Shown one piece after another: positions 41,305 through 41,664 of a DNA stretch of 41,664 nucleotides. The notes under the pieces are model-generated. The model was not told the origin of the DNA and ran no database searches. It was given only the letters and a program-made list of their open reading frames with translations. The stretch is from an uncultured Micavibrio sp. (GTDB lineage: Bacteria; Patescibacteriota; Minisyncoccia; Moranbacterales; GCA-2747515). Location of the stretch: NCBI GenBank assembly GCA_964427825.1, contig CAYRUU010000003.1:1-41664 (forward strand), given 5' to 3'. The first letter of the stretch is position 1; the number at the start of each line of letters is the position of its first letter. The position numbers and the translations under genes were made by a program.

Positions 41305-41664
41305 TTATTTCTTCTCCTGTGCATGAGACTGGTCAGCATCGGCATTCTGCTCTACACCCTGTAAGAGGTTACGCGTCATTTGCTCCGCGTCATTGTGCAC
41401 TTTTTCTTCAAATGCTTGCATGTCCGCACCCGTAAAGACGATCATCGCCTTGTCCGCATCCCATGCATAGTCCGTCATGTAAAGATGCACCGACAGTGTG
41501 CGGAGATGCTCCTCCAAAAATGTGCCGAATGTCTTTTTCTTGATGACAATTTGCGATACGTGTACCAATGATTGATCGTCTTCCGTGATAGTATCGTTGA
41601 CGCGCACAATGTGCAATCCCAGTGGTGTTTCCAAAACGTCCGTGTATGTGCCCTTCTGCATGGT
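41305..41664 (-). CDS. Parvulin-type (PpiC/PrsA/SurA-like) peptidyl-prolyl isomerase, 3' part only; the N-terminus lies beyond the window end
   Basis: The reading frame is open to the window edge. The motif ...TPLGLHIVRV... matches the parvulin C-terminal strand and is followed by a tail of about 90 aa. Confidence 0.7.
   Translation of the reverse strand, partial: TMQKGTYTDVLETPLGLHIVRVNDTITEDDQSLVHVSQIVIKKKTFGTFLEEHLRTLSVHLYMTDYAWDADKAMIVFTGADMQAFEEKVHNDAEQMTRNLLQGVEQNADADQSHAQEKK

Overview
This 41.7-kb window is mostly housekeeping genes from a compact bacterial genome with a Gram-positive-type envelope (mraY, a SEDS protein, a D-Ala-D-Ala carboxypeptidase, sortase-type sorting signals). 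The broken classical synteny and short proteins suggest a reduced-genome lineage such as CPR/Patescibacteria, but that is inference only. I support about 38 protein genes and one tRNA-Thr(CGU). I see no rRNA genes and no CRISPR array. Gene order: 1-4150 is the only clearly accessory part. It holds an AT-rich IS481-like insertion sequence and two tandem paralogous surface-protein genes with SPKTG/SPRTG sorting signals. Next come dnaB and recR (+); gatB, a MazG-like gene and a small zinc-ribbon gene (-); a metallophosphoesterase (+); hisS (-); and def, fmt and a rhodanese-like gene (+). From 14.1 kb to the window end there is an unbroken run of about 27 kb on the minus strand: a hypothetical gene, ftsX, ftsE, prfB, tRNA-Thr, a small 3-TM protein, a SEDS protein, trmD, rplL, rplJ, a 677-aa membrane protein, ftsA, a PfkB kinase, eno, pgk, mraY, a carboxypeptidase, scpB, scpA, mnmA, a 42-aa microprotein, dus, an HtrA-like pseudoprotease, a membrane protein, clpB, htrA and a partial parvulin gene. 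The most notable observations: (1) prfB carries the classical CTT TGA C +1 frameshift, so UGA is a stop codon here. (2) A roughly 320-nt gene-free stretch between rplL and trmD contains four tandem hairpins, one sequestering a Shine-Dalgarno sequence and one terminator-like. (3) An HtrA paralog has all three catalytic-triad residues substituted. (4) rplJ has its own consensus promoter and a roughly 195-nt leader with an attenuator-like terminator. (5) def appears to be leaderless. (6) The two surface-protein genes each have a strong promoter and repeat-encoded linkers. I found no recognisable multi-gene defence or other novel system. Candidates I considered and dropped are listed in the rejected section. 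All homology calls come from motif recognition by eye. No database search was run.
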